A stretch of 64,000 bases of DNA from Verrucomicrobiaceae bacterium (lineage in GTDB: Bacteria; Verrucomicrobiota; Verrucomicrobiia; Verrucomicrobiales; Akkermansiaceae), in NCBI GenBank assembly GCA_051252135.1, contig JBPOGH010000003.1, positions 237,738 to 301,737 on the forward strand. Direction: 5' to 3'. Made by a program: the position numbers and the translations under genes. Below are positions 29,020 through 38,938 of the stretch, in pieces (position 1 is the stretch's first letter; every line of letters begins with the position of its first letter). The notes beneath the pieces are model-generated. The model worked only from the letters and a program-made list of their open reading frames with translations. It did no database searches and had not been told where the DNA came from.

Positions 29020-31023
29020 TTAGAAGCGGAATTCGAGTCCGGCACCCCATCCGTGCTCATTGTGATAGGAGCCGGTGAGGGAAAATTCTTTGTTCAGGAG
29101 ATACGAGGCGCCCGCCATCCATTCGAGTTCGGTGTTGGTGTCGTATCTGACATCACCATGAATGGAGAATCGGGGTGTGATCTGGAATTCCTTCCCTAGA
29201 TTGAGGCGCGCGTCGCCCTCGGAATCGAGGGTGAGGCTGCTCTTTACGAAGTAAGGCAGGAGGTAGTTCACTCCGGCAAAGGCGCGATCTTCCGCGTTGT
29301 GAATGTTGGTCAGGCGGTAGCCGACAATCGAGCTGAGGCGAGGGTTGAAATAGTGCGACCAGAAGGCGTCGATCTCGTATTCCTGATGGTGGTGAAAACC
29401 GTAGTCCCACATGAGACCGTAGTTTTCACGCCCTTTCATGAGCATAGCGTTGCCCATCGTCATGTTGTTCAGAAGGGTGCCATCGACCATGAAAAAGGAA
29501 GGGTTGATGAGCTTGGGATCGAGGGCTGGTTGATAGTCGGGATCCTGGGCAGCGCGGTAGGAGAAGACCCGGGCCATGCCGGCATCCATGTGGTAGAGGA
29601 GGTGGCAATGGAAAAACCAGTCGCCCTCTTCATTGGCAAGGAACTGGATGGTGCGCCGCCCCATGGGAGGGACGTCCACGGTGTGCTTGAGCGGCGAGTT
29701 GGCGCCGTATCGATTGAGCAAGCGGAAGAAGTGCCCGTGGAGATGCAAGGGGTGATGCATCATGGTGTCATTGATGAGTTCGATCTCGAGGACCTCGCCC
29801 TTGGTGACCGGGATGGTGGAGTCTTCGGCCAGGGTTTTGCCATTAAAAGACCAGAGGTAACGGGTCATGTCGCCGGTGAGACGGAGTTCGATCTTACGGG
29901 CGGTTTTTCCTTTGAAGTCGGTAGCGGCGGGCGATTTTAAGAAGGCATAGGGCGCGGTGGGACGGTGGGCTTTGCGAAGCGAAGCGAGCGGGACACCTTC
30001 ATCCTGAAGGGCACCCATGAGCATGTGATCCATGCTGTAGAGCTCCGGCGACGGAAGTCCGTGCGCGGAGACTTTTTCACCTGATCCCAGAAAAACCGAG
30101 GCGTGGCCGGAATTGTCCTGGGCGGTGGTCCGGAACTCGAATGAGCCCGACTTGGGAATGGTGACGATGACATCGTAGGTTTCGGCCATGCCCATGAGGA
30201 GGTGGTCGACTTTGGTGGGAACGACATCCATGCCATCCGCTGATACGATGGTGAGCGGGCCGGTGGCGGAGTGGGCGTAGAAATAGGTGGAAGCTCCGGC
30301 ATTGATGAGACGCAGGCGAACGCGCTCGCCGGGTTTGGCGGCGATGGCGGTCTCGGTTTTTCCATTAATCAGGAAGGCATCATAGGCGACATCCGAAACA
30401 TCCATGGGAGGCATGCGGACCTTTTCACGATCAAGATAGTCCTGTAATTTACCGGCTTTGAAAGCTCCGGCAAGGGATTGGGCATTCCCTTTTCGAATGC
30501 CATACCACTCCGAGCCACGCATGAGCGTGCGCATGACTTCTTCGGGGTTTTCGTTGGTCCAATCGGAAAGGACAAGGACGTGATCTTGGTCTGTCTTGAC
30601 CCGCTCGCCGCCCCGTGGGGTGACCACGATGGAGCCATAGACGCCACGCTGTTCCTGAAGTCCGGTATGGCTGTGATACCAATAGGTGCCGGCGTGCCTC
30701 AGGGGGAAACGGAAGGTGCGGCTGCTGCCTGGTTGAATTGGTGGGGTGGTTAGGTAAGGGACGCCGTCCTCTGCATTGGGAACGAGGAGTCCGTGCCAGT
30801 GGATGGAAGTTTCTTCGGCATCGAGGGCGTTGTGGACGGTGATGACGGCAGTATCGCCTTCGCGAAATCGCAGGGTCGGCCCTGGGATTCCGCCGTTGAT
30901 GGTGAGGGCGGTTCGGGGCTTCCCGGCCGGGGCCAGCTTGGTCTCAGCGATGGTGAGATCATAAGTCCGGGGTGCTGCAATCGCAGGCAGAGTAGCAAAA
31001 AGAAGTAGTAGAAGTGATTTCAT
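29020..31023 (-). CDS. Multicopper oxidase (CopA-type) with C-terminal CopB-like beta-barrel region
   Basis: HWHG, WYHSH, HPLHLHGH, HCHLLYHMDAGM; C-terminus GAGLEFRF. Confidence 0.9.
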   Translation of the reverse strand: MKSLLLLLFATLPAIAAPRTYDLTIAETKLAPAGKPRTALTINGGIPGPTLRFREGDTAVITVHNALDAEETSIHWHGLLVPNAEDGVPYLTTPPIQPGSSRTFRFPLRHAGTYWYHSHTGLQEQRGVYGSIVVTPRGGERVKTDQDHVLVLSDWTNENPEEVMRTLMRGSEWYGIRKGNAQSLAGAFKAGKLQDYLDREKVRMPPMDVSDVAYDAFLINGKTETAIAAKPGERVRLRLINAGASTYFYAHSATGPLTIVSADGMDVVPTKVDHLLMGMAETYDVIVTIPKSGSFEFRTTAQDNSGHASVFLGSGEKVSAHGLPSPELYSMDHMLMGALQDEGVPLASLRKAHRPTAPYAFLKSPAATDFKGKTARKIELRLTGDMTRYLWSFNGKTLAEDSTIPVTKGEVLEIELINDTMMHHPLHLHGHFFRLLNRYGANSPLKHTVDVPPMGRRTIQFLANEEGDWFFHCHLLYHMDAGMARVFSYRAAQDPDYQPALDPKLINPSFFMVDGTLLNNMTMGNAMLMKGRENYGLMWDYGFHHHQEYEIDAFWSHYFNPRLSSIVGYRLTNIHNAEDRAFAGVNYLLPYFVKSSLTLDSEGDARLNLGKEFQITPRFSIHGDVRYDTNTELEWMAGASYLLNKEFSLTGSYHNEHGWGAGLEFRF

Positions 31024-31166
31024 TGAGGAATTAAGAGAAGAGATTGTGGCATCAAGGCCGGTGCTATTGGGCCCGAAAGAGAGGCCCAAGAATGATGGCG
31101 AGGACGAATGAGATCGTCGCCAGAGAATGGCTCAAACCACCGGGCAGGCGGTGAGCAGGAAGAGGA

Positions 31167-31553
31167 TCAAATCCTCAAATTGCCGAGGCGCAGGAAAAGT
31201 GAGAGCCCTTGCGGTGGTGGAATGGTAGGGATGGGGCAATCCCGCTGAATAACAGGATGTCGCGAACTCAACTCCCCTTCCCATGCGAGTGCGGTAGGAG
31301 CTGAAACTTTTGGGTTTTCCGGCTGAGCGAAGGGTGTCCACAAATGATCTGCCAGCTCCAAAGTTTGCTTCTCGGGACAGTTCTCACATGGTTCCGTGTC
31401 CACGCAAAACGGACAGGCCGGAGCGACCTCACAAGCGCACTCGACAAGGTAAAAGCTCTTGGAACACGAGCAGAAGCCAACCCCCGGATACTTAAAAAGT
31501 ATCGCGGCGATCATGACGACGCCAAACGCCGCCGCTGAAAAGCTCCGAATCAT
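31167..31553 (-). CDS. Cys-rich exported or membrane hypothetical protein upstream of the copper cluster
   Basis: Hydrophobic N-terminus, CSC..CAC..CPFC..CENC, Pro-rich tail ending LFLRLGNLRI; start uncertain. Confidence 0.55.
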   Translation of the reverse strand: MIRSFSAAAFGVVMIAAILFKYPGVGFCSCSKSFYLVECACEVAPACPFCVDTEPCENCPEKQTLELADHLWTPFAQPENPKVSAPTALAWEGELSSRHPVIQRDCPIPTIPPPQGLSLFLRLGNLRI

Positions 31554-31740
31554 CTTTGTATAATCTAAGGGTAAGAGGCATTTCTTCAAGGAGTATTCCC
31601 CTCGGTGAAAAATTAGGGATCAAACTGGAACCATCATCCACCGGGCATCCTGTTTCTCATTGGTTTTGGATTGACCCAACACCACCAAATCCGGCCCTGC
31701 AAGATGCCCCGGGTGGCTTCCGGAGAACGGATTCCACGAC

Positions 31741-31777
31741 AAAAAAGAACCCCCTGCTGAAGAACAGCGGGGGGCTC
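31741..31777 (-). terminator. Intrinsic terminator after the TIM-barrel gene
   Basis: Minus strand GAGCCCCCCGCTGTT-CTT-CAGCAGGGGGTTCTTTTTT. Confidence 0.8.
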
Positions 31778-31796
31778 AGGAAAGTTAATCTGTCGA

Positions 31797-32657
31797 CTAT
31801 CCTTCGAACGTCAGCCCGCGGAACTCGTTCGCGGCAGCGGTGACGGCGCGCTCAATGGGGAGGCGCTCAGTGGAGCTGCCGGTCCAGAAGCCGTGGCCGC
31901 TGGTGTGATTGAGCATGTATTGGGCGTCGGACGGGGTTTCCATGGCGGCGCCATGGGCGACGAGGATGGTGTCGGGGCTGAGCTCGCGGCACTTTTGGTA
32001 GACTTTTTCGGTCTGCTCGGCGGTTTCCTCGATGGTCATGCCATTGTCATAGCCTTTGATCCCGCCCTTGGTGGTACCGGCGTGGTAGCAGAAGATGTGG
32101 GGCTTGGCCTGCTCGCAAATGGCGTAGGAATCTTCCTCGGTGAAGGCGAGTCCGACGGAGACCATGTTCATTTCTTCTTTGGCGAGGATGAGCATGTCGA
32201 TCTCGTTCTGAAGGGTGATGCCGGCGGAGGTCATGACCTTGAAAATTTCGGAGTCGTGGTCGATGTAGGAGATGGAAGGTCCGATGTTGGAAACGGACTG
32301 GACTCCCATGTCGAGGCACTGCTGGAGGACCATGCGCATGTCCTTGAGGGGATCGTTGGCGTTAAGGCAGGCGCAGACGAAGGCTTTGCCATCGAGCGCG
32401 GGCATGATGTCCTCGCGGGTGTAGTCGAGGGTCTGTTTGTTTGAGTCGAGAATGGGCCACATCATGGACATGGTGCCCATTCCATTGGAGCGGAGGCGGG
32501 CACCGGAGAAGGTGTTGATGCAGTCGGTGCCGGAGGCTTCCTGGAGTTTGGCAACGAGGCCGGATCCCGCGGAGGAGATCATGATGGGGATGCGGGCGTC
32601 GACTTTCGCTTTAAGGTTGGCGAGGATCTGTTCGGTGGTAAGGCGTTTTGTGATCAT
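31797..32657 (-). CDS. Phosphoenolpyruvate hydrolase-like TIM-barrel protein (Tm-1 C-terminal domain family)
   Basis: SAGSGLVAK.QEASG.D, R.NG.G.M, HAGTTKGG, HGAAMETPSDA, GFWTGSSTERLPIE. Confidence 0.8.
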   Translation of the reverse strand: MITKRLTTEQILANLKAKVDARIPIMISSAGSGLVAKLQEASGTDCINTFSGARLRSNGMGTMSMMWPILDSNKQTLDYTREDIMPALDGKAFVCACLNANDPLKDMRMVLQQCLDMGVQSVSNIGPSISYIDHDSEIFKVMTSAGITLQNEIDMLILAKEEMNMVSVGLAFTEEDSYAICEQAKPHIFCYHAGTTKGGIKGYDNGMTIEETAEQTEKVYQKCRELSPDTILVAHGAAMETPSDAQYMLNHTSGHGFWTGSSTERLPIERAVTAAANEFRGLTFEG

Positions 32658-33394
32658 GAATTTAGGAATTGATTGAGGTGTTGATTGAGAGATTTTTGGT
32701 AAGCTTCTGGCTCGTGGTAGCGGGCAGGAAGATGGGCGATTTGGACATTGGGTAACGCTGCGGCGATTGTTGCGGCGACGGTTTCAGGGTGAAGATCGTC
32801 ACGCGGGCTGTCGAGCACGAGAGTCCGGTTTGGGATTTTTGAGAGCTCAGCCAAGGATTGGAAAGGGCAGTCGTGCCACATTTTGTCGAGGACTGAGTTA
32901 TCGGGACGTTGATAGAGATCGAGGACACCTTTTGCCACCGGGGGGTTGTTGGTGGCGAGCGTTTGGTAGGCAGCGTGGGACTCAAAGTCTGCCTGGGAAA
33001 GTCGCCCCGGCAAGGCCGCGAGTTCGAGGTGAGGTGGACACGGAAAATCGAGCCACGAAGGGCGAAGGACAATTAATTTTTTCACCCTCGTGGGATAACG
33101 CAGAGCGATATTGAGCGAGATTCCCGAGCCCATGGAAAGGCCGCCAAGGTGGCAGGAGTCGATGCCGTAGTGATCCATCAATGCGATGACATGATCGGCA
33201 AAGGAATCAAAAGAGTAGGTCTCCGGGTCAAAGCCCACGGAATCCCCATGACCGGGCAGGTCGGGGGCGATGACTCGGAAGCCGGGCAGGTCATCGAGAC
33301 CCTTGGTGGTCTGGGAGCGTCCGGCACCGAGGCCGTGAAGAAAAACCAGTGGAGTCCCCTCATTGGGGCCGATGCAGGCGTGTGCGAGAATCAT
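32654..33394 (-). CDS. Alpha/beta fold hydrolase
   Basis: FLHGLG, PDLPGHGDS, GLSMG nucleophile elbow. Confidence 0.85.
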   Translation of the reverse strand: MILAHACIGPNEGTPLVFLHGLGAGRSQTTKGLDDLPGFRVIAPDLPGHGDSVGFDPETYSFDSFADHVIALMDHYGIDSCHLGGLSMGSGISLNIALRYPTRVKKLIVLRPSWLDFPCPPHLELAALPGRLSQADFESHAAYQTLATNNPPVAKGVLDLYQRPDNSVLDKMWHDCPFQSLAELSKIPNRTLVLDSPRDDLHPETVAATIAAALPNVQIAHLPARYHEPEAYQKSLNQHLNQFLNS

Positions 33395-33993
33395 TAGTCG
33401 GGGCGGGGCATTTCGAATTGAGTGTCGGTGCGGGCATACCAATCAGGCGAAGCCATGCGACCCAGCGGGTGATAGGCACCGTGGTTGAGATAACCTTTTT
33501 CATCAAAGAGTCCATCACGGGCATGGACCAAATGGACGATCCCAATAATGAGTCGGTTGGTGCCAATTTCCAATGTCGAATGCTCGGTGCACTCGAGGGC
33601 CACCGGGGCTTCAGCGATGCGGGGAACGGCGATCTTTTCCGTTGGAACGGTAGTGAGCGGGAGTCCGGCCAATTCGCTTTCGCCATGAGGGAGGGAAGCG
33701 GCGGTGGCTACCATCGCTTCGCCGAGCGGCTCATCGACCATATGAACGACAAACTCACCGGTGCGCCGAATGTTGCGAGCGGTGTCCTTGGGTGTCTCCC
33801 GATCTCTGTTTCCCGGCGCAAAAGCGACGATGGGAGGATTGGACCCAAAGACATTGAAAAAGGAAAATGGCGCGGCGTTCAAACGACCCTCGGAATCGAC
33901 CGTAGTAACCCAAGCGATCGGCCGCGGGGTTACGAGCGAAGCGAGAATTCGGTATCGATCGCCGGCGGGCAGGGTATCGAGGTTGAAAGTCAT
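33394..33993 (-). CDS. Flavin reductase-like (DIM6/NTAB) protein
   Basis: PRPIAWVTT, NAAPFSFFN, KDTARNI..TGEFVV. Confidence 0.9.
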   Translation of the reverse strand: MTFNLDTLPAGDRYRILASLVTPRPIAWVTTVDSEGRLNAAPFSFFNVFGSNPPIVAFAPGNRDRETPKDTARNIRRTGEFVVHMVDEPLGEAMVATAASLPHGESELAGLPLTTVPTEKIAVPRIAEAPVALECTEHSTLEIGTNRLIIGIVHLVHARDGLFDEKGYLNHGAYHPLGRMASPDWYARTDTQFEMPRPD

Positions 33994-34125
33994 TGAATGA
34001 TCAGCAAGAGAAGTGGCGAGAGAATCGCGTGACAAAGAGGCCTCCTCAACCCTTTTAACTTGAAGAGCGGTTTCTCTTGAAGTTGTCTGACAGAAGTGCC
34101 GCGATGTCGGTTTGCCTCAAATTCT

Positions 34126-37100
34126 ATGTTGATACGACTTTTCCTCTCGGTCCTTGCCTGCACTCGCGTTTTTGCAGCGCCCACTATCAACTCCTTTACA
34201 ATCAGTGATGGCACAACAACATCGGATACCACCCTTGCAGTAGCGCCGAACTCCCTTCTCACTCTGACATGGGACGTGAGTGATGCTACCAACGTAATCG
34301 TTGTTCCCGGTATTGGACCCTCTCCGGCATCCGGTTCCGCCCAGGTGCCCTTTGGCGAAATGGAACAGCGGTATTTCGTTAATGCCTCTGGCGATGGCTT
34401 CGCCAGCAAATCGATTCTGGTTACAGTGGATCCCGATACCGTCGACCCGGTGATTTCCGAATTCCTCGCCAATCCCGGAAAAGATTCCCTCAAAGACAAG
34501 GACGGGAGCACTGAAGACTGGATCGAACTGAGGAACCCCTACCCTTTTGAACTTCCAATCGGGGGATATTTCCTCAGCGACGATCTCGGTCTTTCCGTCA
34601 TCTGGATGATTCCCGAGGGCACTTCAATCCCGGCTTCCGGCCAACTTCTTATCTTTGCCTCGGGAAAAAACCGCGCGGTAGCGGGAGAGGAGCTACACAC
34701 CCAATTCAAATTGGATTCATCGGGCGACTCGATTTTCCTCGTGGGAAAAGACGGTTCCACCGTGGTGGATAGCTTCACTTGGATCAATTCCGCAGATCAC
34801 CCTTCCGGGAAGTCCTACGGTCGGTTCGGAGATCCGTCACTCCAAGGTACTTTTGTCACTCCCACACCGGAGACGCCAAATTCCCTCCCGTTTTTTACTC
34901 CTCAAAAGGTGACCTTTAATGATGACAGCCGGAGTTTCACCGATTCCCTGACCGTCTCCCTTTCCACACCCGATCCAGCGCTCAACATCCACTACACCAC
35001 TGATCGATCGGAGCCGGACTCGGACTCGCCGATCTATAGCGGACCCCTCGATCTAACCTCCTCCACCATGCTGCGCGCTCGTCTTTTCGATTCGAGTGGA
35101 TCCACCATCATCGGCGATGTCTCGGCGCGCAACTACCTCAAACTTTCCACCACCGGCATCCCGTCAGGCTGGGAAGCGGGCGCCGCGACATTGCCGGAAT
35201 TCACCTCCAACCTACCCATCATTGTCATCGATAACATGGGTGGTAGTTCGTTCAACACCACCGCCCCCCGGGCCGCGATTATGACGATCCACGAGCCTGT
35301 GAATGGGGTGGCCTCTCTCATCAATCCACCGAACGAAAGCACTCGAGCCGGCATTCGTATTCGTGGCGCAAGCTCGTCGAATTTTGCCAAAAAGCAGTAT
35401 CGTTTGGAACTGTGGAATCAAGAGGATGGGGATAAAGACAGTAGCCTTCTCGGGCTTCCCTCCGACTCCGATTTCATTCTTGGAGCACCTTTTGTCGACA
35501 AATCATTCATTCGAAACACCCTTACCTACGAGTTGGGAAGGGAACTGGGCCTCGACGCTCCCCGCACCCGCCACGTGGAGGTCTTCATCAATGAGAATGG
35601 CGGACCGTTGGACTACGCCGCGGACTACCGGGGCGTCTACTTCCTTGCCGAGACCAACAAGATTTCAAAAGACCGCGTCGATCTCGAGAAACTGAGCGCA
35701 CAAGACAGCACCGAGCCCGAAATTACCGGAGGCTATCTCCTAAAATGGGAAGGTGGCGCAAAGGATCCCGCAAAGGTACTCCCACCTTCAAACGGCATGA
35801 ACTGGAATGGTCTTGAACTCGTAGAACCCGACCCCGCCGATGAAGCCACAGCAGAACAAAGGCAATGGATTTCCGACTACGTGAGAGACGTGGACAATCG
35901 AATTGCAGGGCCTGATTTCGCCGACCCCGTGCTCGGCTATGCACCTGTTCTCGATATCCCTTCTTACGCGAACCTCTTCGTGATCAACGAACTCACCAGG
36001 GACCAGGATGCTTACATGCGCAGCTCCTATTTTTACAAAGACCGGGGCGGAAAACTGAAAATGGGCCCCCTTTGGGACTACAACCTGACAATGGGAACCG
36101 GTTGCTGCCGCAACAACCGAAACACCACCGACACGGGCTCTGATTCCGGCTGGCAGTACATCGAAAACGACGGAGTCAACGAGGGGCACTGGGAAGTGGA
36201 ACTCGTCGAGGACCCCGACTTTTGGCAGGCCGTTGTCGACCGATGGCAGCATGTCCGCAAGGGACCCCTCGGTGACAGCGCCCTTCATGCCCGCATCGAC
36301 GGGCAAAGCTCCCCTCTCAGCCAACCGGCCGTTCGTAATTTCAAAAAATGGAACAACCTTGGGAGCACCAATTTCACCTTCTTCTTTTCACCGGCATCAA
36401 GCACTTGGGAAGGGCAGATCGACTTCGTGAAAACATGGACTTCCGAACGCATGGCATGGATCGACTCACAGATGACCGCTCCTCCGATAGTCTCCCCTCA
36501 AGGCGGATTCGTATCGGCAGGGACCAATGCCACCATTGATGGATCGGCAGGCACAATTTACTACACAACCGATGGATCGGACCCACGACTGGCCGGAGGA
36601 TCCATCAACCCGCAGGCCCGATCCTACGCGGTCGGCGGCACACCCCCGTCCGTTCTCCTTTCTACAACAACCACCGTGACCGCACGGTCCCTGATCGGCC
36701 AGGACTGGTCGGGACCAGCGACCCAACTCTATGTCATCGGAGACGCCGCGGGTCCGCACAATTTGGTCATCTCCGAGATTCACTACAACCCTGCCGAACC
36801 CTCGACCAACGAAATGAACGCAGGCTTTCTCGACAAGGACGACTTTGAGTTCCTCGAGCTTCAAAATGTAAGCACTGTTACCATCGACCTCTCCGGCGTG
36901 TCCTTCACCCTGGGGCTTCAGTTCACCTTCCCCACTAACTTTGAACTTTCTCCCGGAGAACGGACCCTGATTGTCAGAAATCAGGCTGCCGTTCTAATGC
37001 GCTACCCTGCCCTTACGGCGTCGGATATCGCCGGGGAATTCCAGGGCTCAACCGGACTTGGAAATAAAAATGACCACCTGATTCTCTCAGCGGCCAATGG

Positions 37101-37566
37101 CAGCACCATTCGGGATTTTCAATATCAGGACTCCGCACCCTGGCCCACCGCGCCCGATGGCTCCGGCGTCAGCCTCGTCCTAATCAAACCCGGCACCCTC
37201 CCGGACCACGCCGACCCCTTCAATTGGCGCTCCGGCATCACTCTCAACGGCTCCCCGAACGCCACCGACGCCACCTCCTTTTCCGGAGGCGACTTCCTCG
37301 CTTATGCCTCCGGTGGGTCCGATCCCGCGATCATGCGATTGCCCGATGGCACCCTTTCCCTGCAGGTGCCGTTGAACCTGTTGGCGGACGACGTCACCGG
37401 CATTGTTGAAACGTCACTTGATCTCATAAATTGGACCAATGGCGACGCACTTTTTCTTCGTGAATCCCGATCCGAAACGCTGGGAGGGAACGGTGTTCTC
37501 TTCCTCAAATCACTGAGTCCTCAGGCCGGAGGAAGCTTGTTCGTACGCTATCGTTACCTCCGGTAG
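34126..37566 (+). CDS. Secreted CotH kinase family protein with lamin-tail domains
   Basis: ISEFLA..DWIEL LTD, IRGASS..KKQY, GPLWDYN, ISEIHYNP LTD; ends SLFVRYRYLR. Confidence 0.85.
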   Translation: MLIRLFLSVLACTRVFAAPTINSFTISDGTTTSDTTLAVAPNSLLTLTWDVSDATNVIVVPGIGPSPASGSAQVPFGEMEQRYFVNASGDGFASKSILVTVDPDTVDPVISEFLANPGKDSLKDKDGSTEDWIELRNPYPFELPIGGYFLSDDLGLSVIWMIPEGTSIPASGQLLIFASGKNRAVAGEELHTQFKLDSSGDSIFLVGKDGSTVVDSFTWINSADHPSGKSYGRFGDPSLQGTFVTPTPETPNSLPFFTPQKVTFNDDSRSFTDSLTVSLSTPDPALNIHYTTDRSEPDSDSPIYSGPLDLTSSTMLRARLFDSSGSTIIGDVSARNYLKLSTTGIPSGWEAGAATLPEFTSNLPIIVIDNMGGSSFNTTAPRAAIMTIHEPVNGVASLINPPNESTRAGIRIRGASSSNFAKKQYRLELWNQEDGDKDSSLLGLPSDSDFILGAPFVDKSFIRNTLTYELGRELGLDAPRTRHVEVFINENGGPLDYAADYRGVYFLAETNKISKDRVDLEKLSAQDSTEPEITGGYLLKWEGGAKDPAKVLPPSNGMNWNGLELVEPDPADEATAEQRQWISDYVRDVDNRIAGPDFADPVLGYAPVLDIPSYANLFVINELTRDQDAYMRSSYFYKDRGGKLKMGPLWDYNLTMGTGCCRNNRNTTDTGSDSGWQYIENDGVNEGHWEVELVEDPDFWQAVVDRWQHVRKGPLGDSALHARIDGQSSPLSQPAVRNFKKWNNLGSTNFTFFFSPASSTWEGQIDFVKTWTSERMAWIDSQMTAPPIVSPQGGFVSAGTNATIDGSAGTIYYTTDGSDPRLAGGSINPQARSYAVGGTPPSVLLSTTTTVTARSLIGQDWSGPATQLYVIGDAAGPHNLVISEIHYNPAEPSTNEMNAGFLDKDDFEFLELQNVSTVTIDLSGVSFTLGLQFTFPTNFELSPGERTLIVRNQAAVLMRYPALTASDIAGEFQGSTGLGNKNDHLILSAANGSTIRDFQYQDSAPWPTAPDGSGVSLVLIKPGTLPDHADPFNWRSGITLNGSPNATDATSFSGGDFLAYASGGSDPAIMRLPDGTLSLQVPLNLLADDVTGIVETSLDLINWTNGDALFLRESRSETLGGNGVLFLKSLSPQAGGSLFVRYRYLR

Positions 37567-37574
37567 AAGTTGCT

Positions 37575-38924
37575 TCAATCAGCGATCTCCACCTTGAGTC
37601 GGTAAAATGAAGGTGCCGCTGCGGGACTTGCCAACGTCAAAACCCGGGTGCGCCATCCGTTCACGGCATCCGGGTTGTTCGACTGCTCCGATGTGCCGAT
37701 GACCGGAATCCAATTCTCAAGGTCATTGCTTTGCTGGATGACTCCAGTCAGCTCCCTCCCTCCAAGATCAAGTGACTCCTTCAACGTAAATCGCACCGCA
37801 CCGGAAGCCAGTAATTCCACTTCAAGCGGGCTCTCCTTCTGGCCGGCATCTCCCGCATCGGACTCGGAAAAGTATTCCAACAGATTGATCATCCCGTCCC
37901 CATCGGCATCATCAAGGGGAGAGGTCATCGTCGTCACACCCCTGTCTTCGAGCCAAGCCTCCATCCTTTCTGTCGGGCTGAGCGCGGCCACTGTGATCGC
38001 ATCCTGAATCAGACTGTTGATCTCGCTCACATGTCCACTGATTCGGCTACCGTAGCTATGGGTACTGTCATAAAACCGGATGTCACTGGGATTCGTTTCA
38101 TAACTGGACGGGAAGACATACTGCGCCGGGCTGGTTGGGATGAGATTCCACCCCCCGCTGTCCGAACCATAATAAAATCCCCGGGCTTCCGTGAAAGCCG
38201 CCCGAAAAAACGAACCGTCGCCGTTCACATTGTTCGTGTCATGATTGGCATCCACCGAATAGTTGATCGCGGCCAACTTCCAGGTCGCACCATCCTTGAT
38301 AAACCAGCCGCCACCGGAATCATTCCCCGCCGCCTGACACTCGAAAGCCCCCCCGTCATCGTCAAACGCACAATAGATCAGCGGGTCTCCCATCGATGTC
38401 GTCATAGTCGCGAGCACCTCGTTGACCCCCCAGCGGTCGAACTCGGTTTCCGGAGCACCCCATTTCCAACCGACCGTCTGGGAGTTTCGTGTGATGGTGT
38501 CCCCGCGCCCCCTTCCCTTACCGGTCAGGACAAACTCTTTCCCCACTTCGTTGGAACCGGTGTAGAGCGGAATGAAATCCTCAAAGGTTTCCCAAATCTC
38601 AAACACCGCAAGATCGCTCGTCCCAATTCTCGTATACGCACCCCCATTCTTGAGGGTAAACGTCTTCTCTCCCACCCCGTTGAAATGCACCGGTTGGCTC
38701 ACCGCCCCATGCTGCCCCAGGTGCTCCGCCGTGATGAAATGCTTCGGCGAAATCATCGTCCCCTGGAAATTCTTATACCGGAGCTGATACTGCCACCCGC
38801 TGTTGGCATAGGCTCCCGTCGGAGCGGTCTCCTTGTTCGCCGGAGGATCGGCATCGTTTAGAAAAATGATCGCCGCCGCCGGATGAAACATCAACGCGAA
38901 GAAGGAAAAAAACCGGGAAACCAT
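37575..38924 (-). CDS. Secreted trypsin-like serine protease with C-terminal module
   Basis: Triad motifs FITAEH, DLAV, GNDSGGG; DADGDGMINLLEY; ends SFYRLKVEIAD. Confidence 0.75.
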   Translation of the reverse strand: MVSRFFSFFALMFHPAAAIIFLNDADPPANKETAPTGAYANSGWQYQLRYKNFQGTMISPKHFITAEHLGQHGAVSQPVHFNGVGEKTFTLKNGGAYTRIGTSDLAVFEIWETFEDFIPLYTGSNEVGKEFVLTGKGRGRGDTITRNSQTVGWKWGAPETEFDRWGVNEVLATMTTSMGDPLIYCAFDDDGGAFECQAAGNDSGGGWFIKDGATWKLAAINYSVDANHDTNNVNGDGSFFRAAFTEARGFYYGSDSGGWNLIPTSPAQYVFPSSYETNPSDIRFYDSTHSYGSRISGHVSEINSLIQDAITVAALSPTERMEAWLEDRGVTTMTSPLDDADGDGMINLLEYFSESDAGDAGQKESPLEVELLASGAVRFTLKESLDLGGRELTGVIQQSNDLENWIPVIGTSEQSNNPDAVNGWRTRVLTLASPAAAPSFYRLKVEIAD

Positions 38925-38938
38925 CTCCAAATAATACA

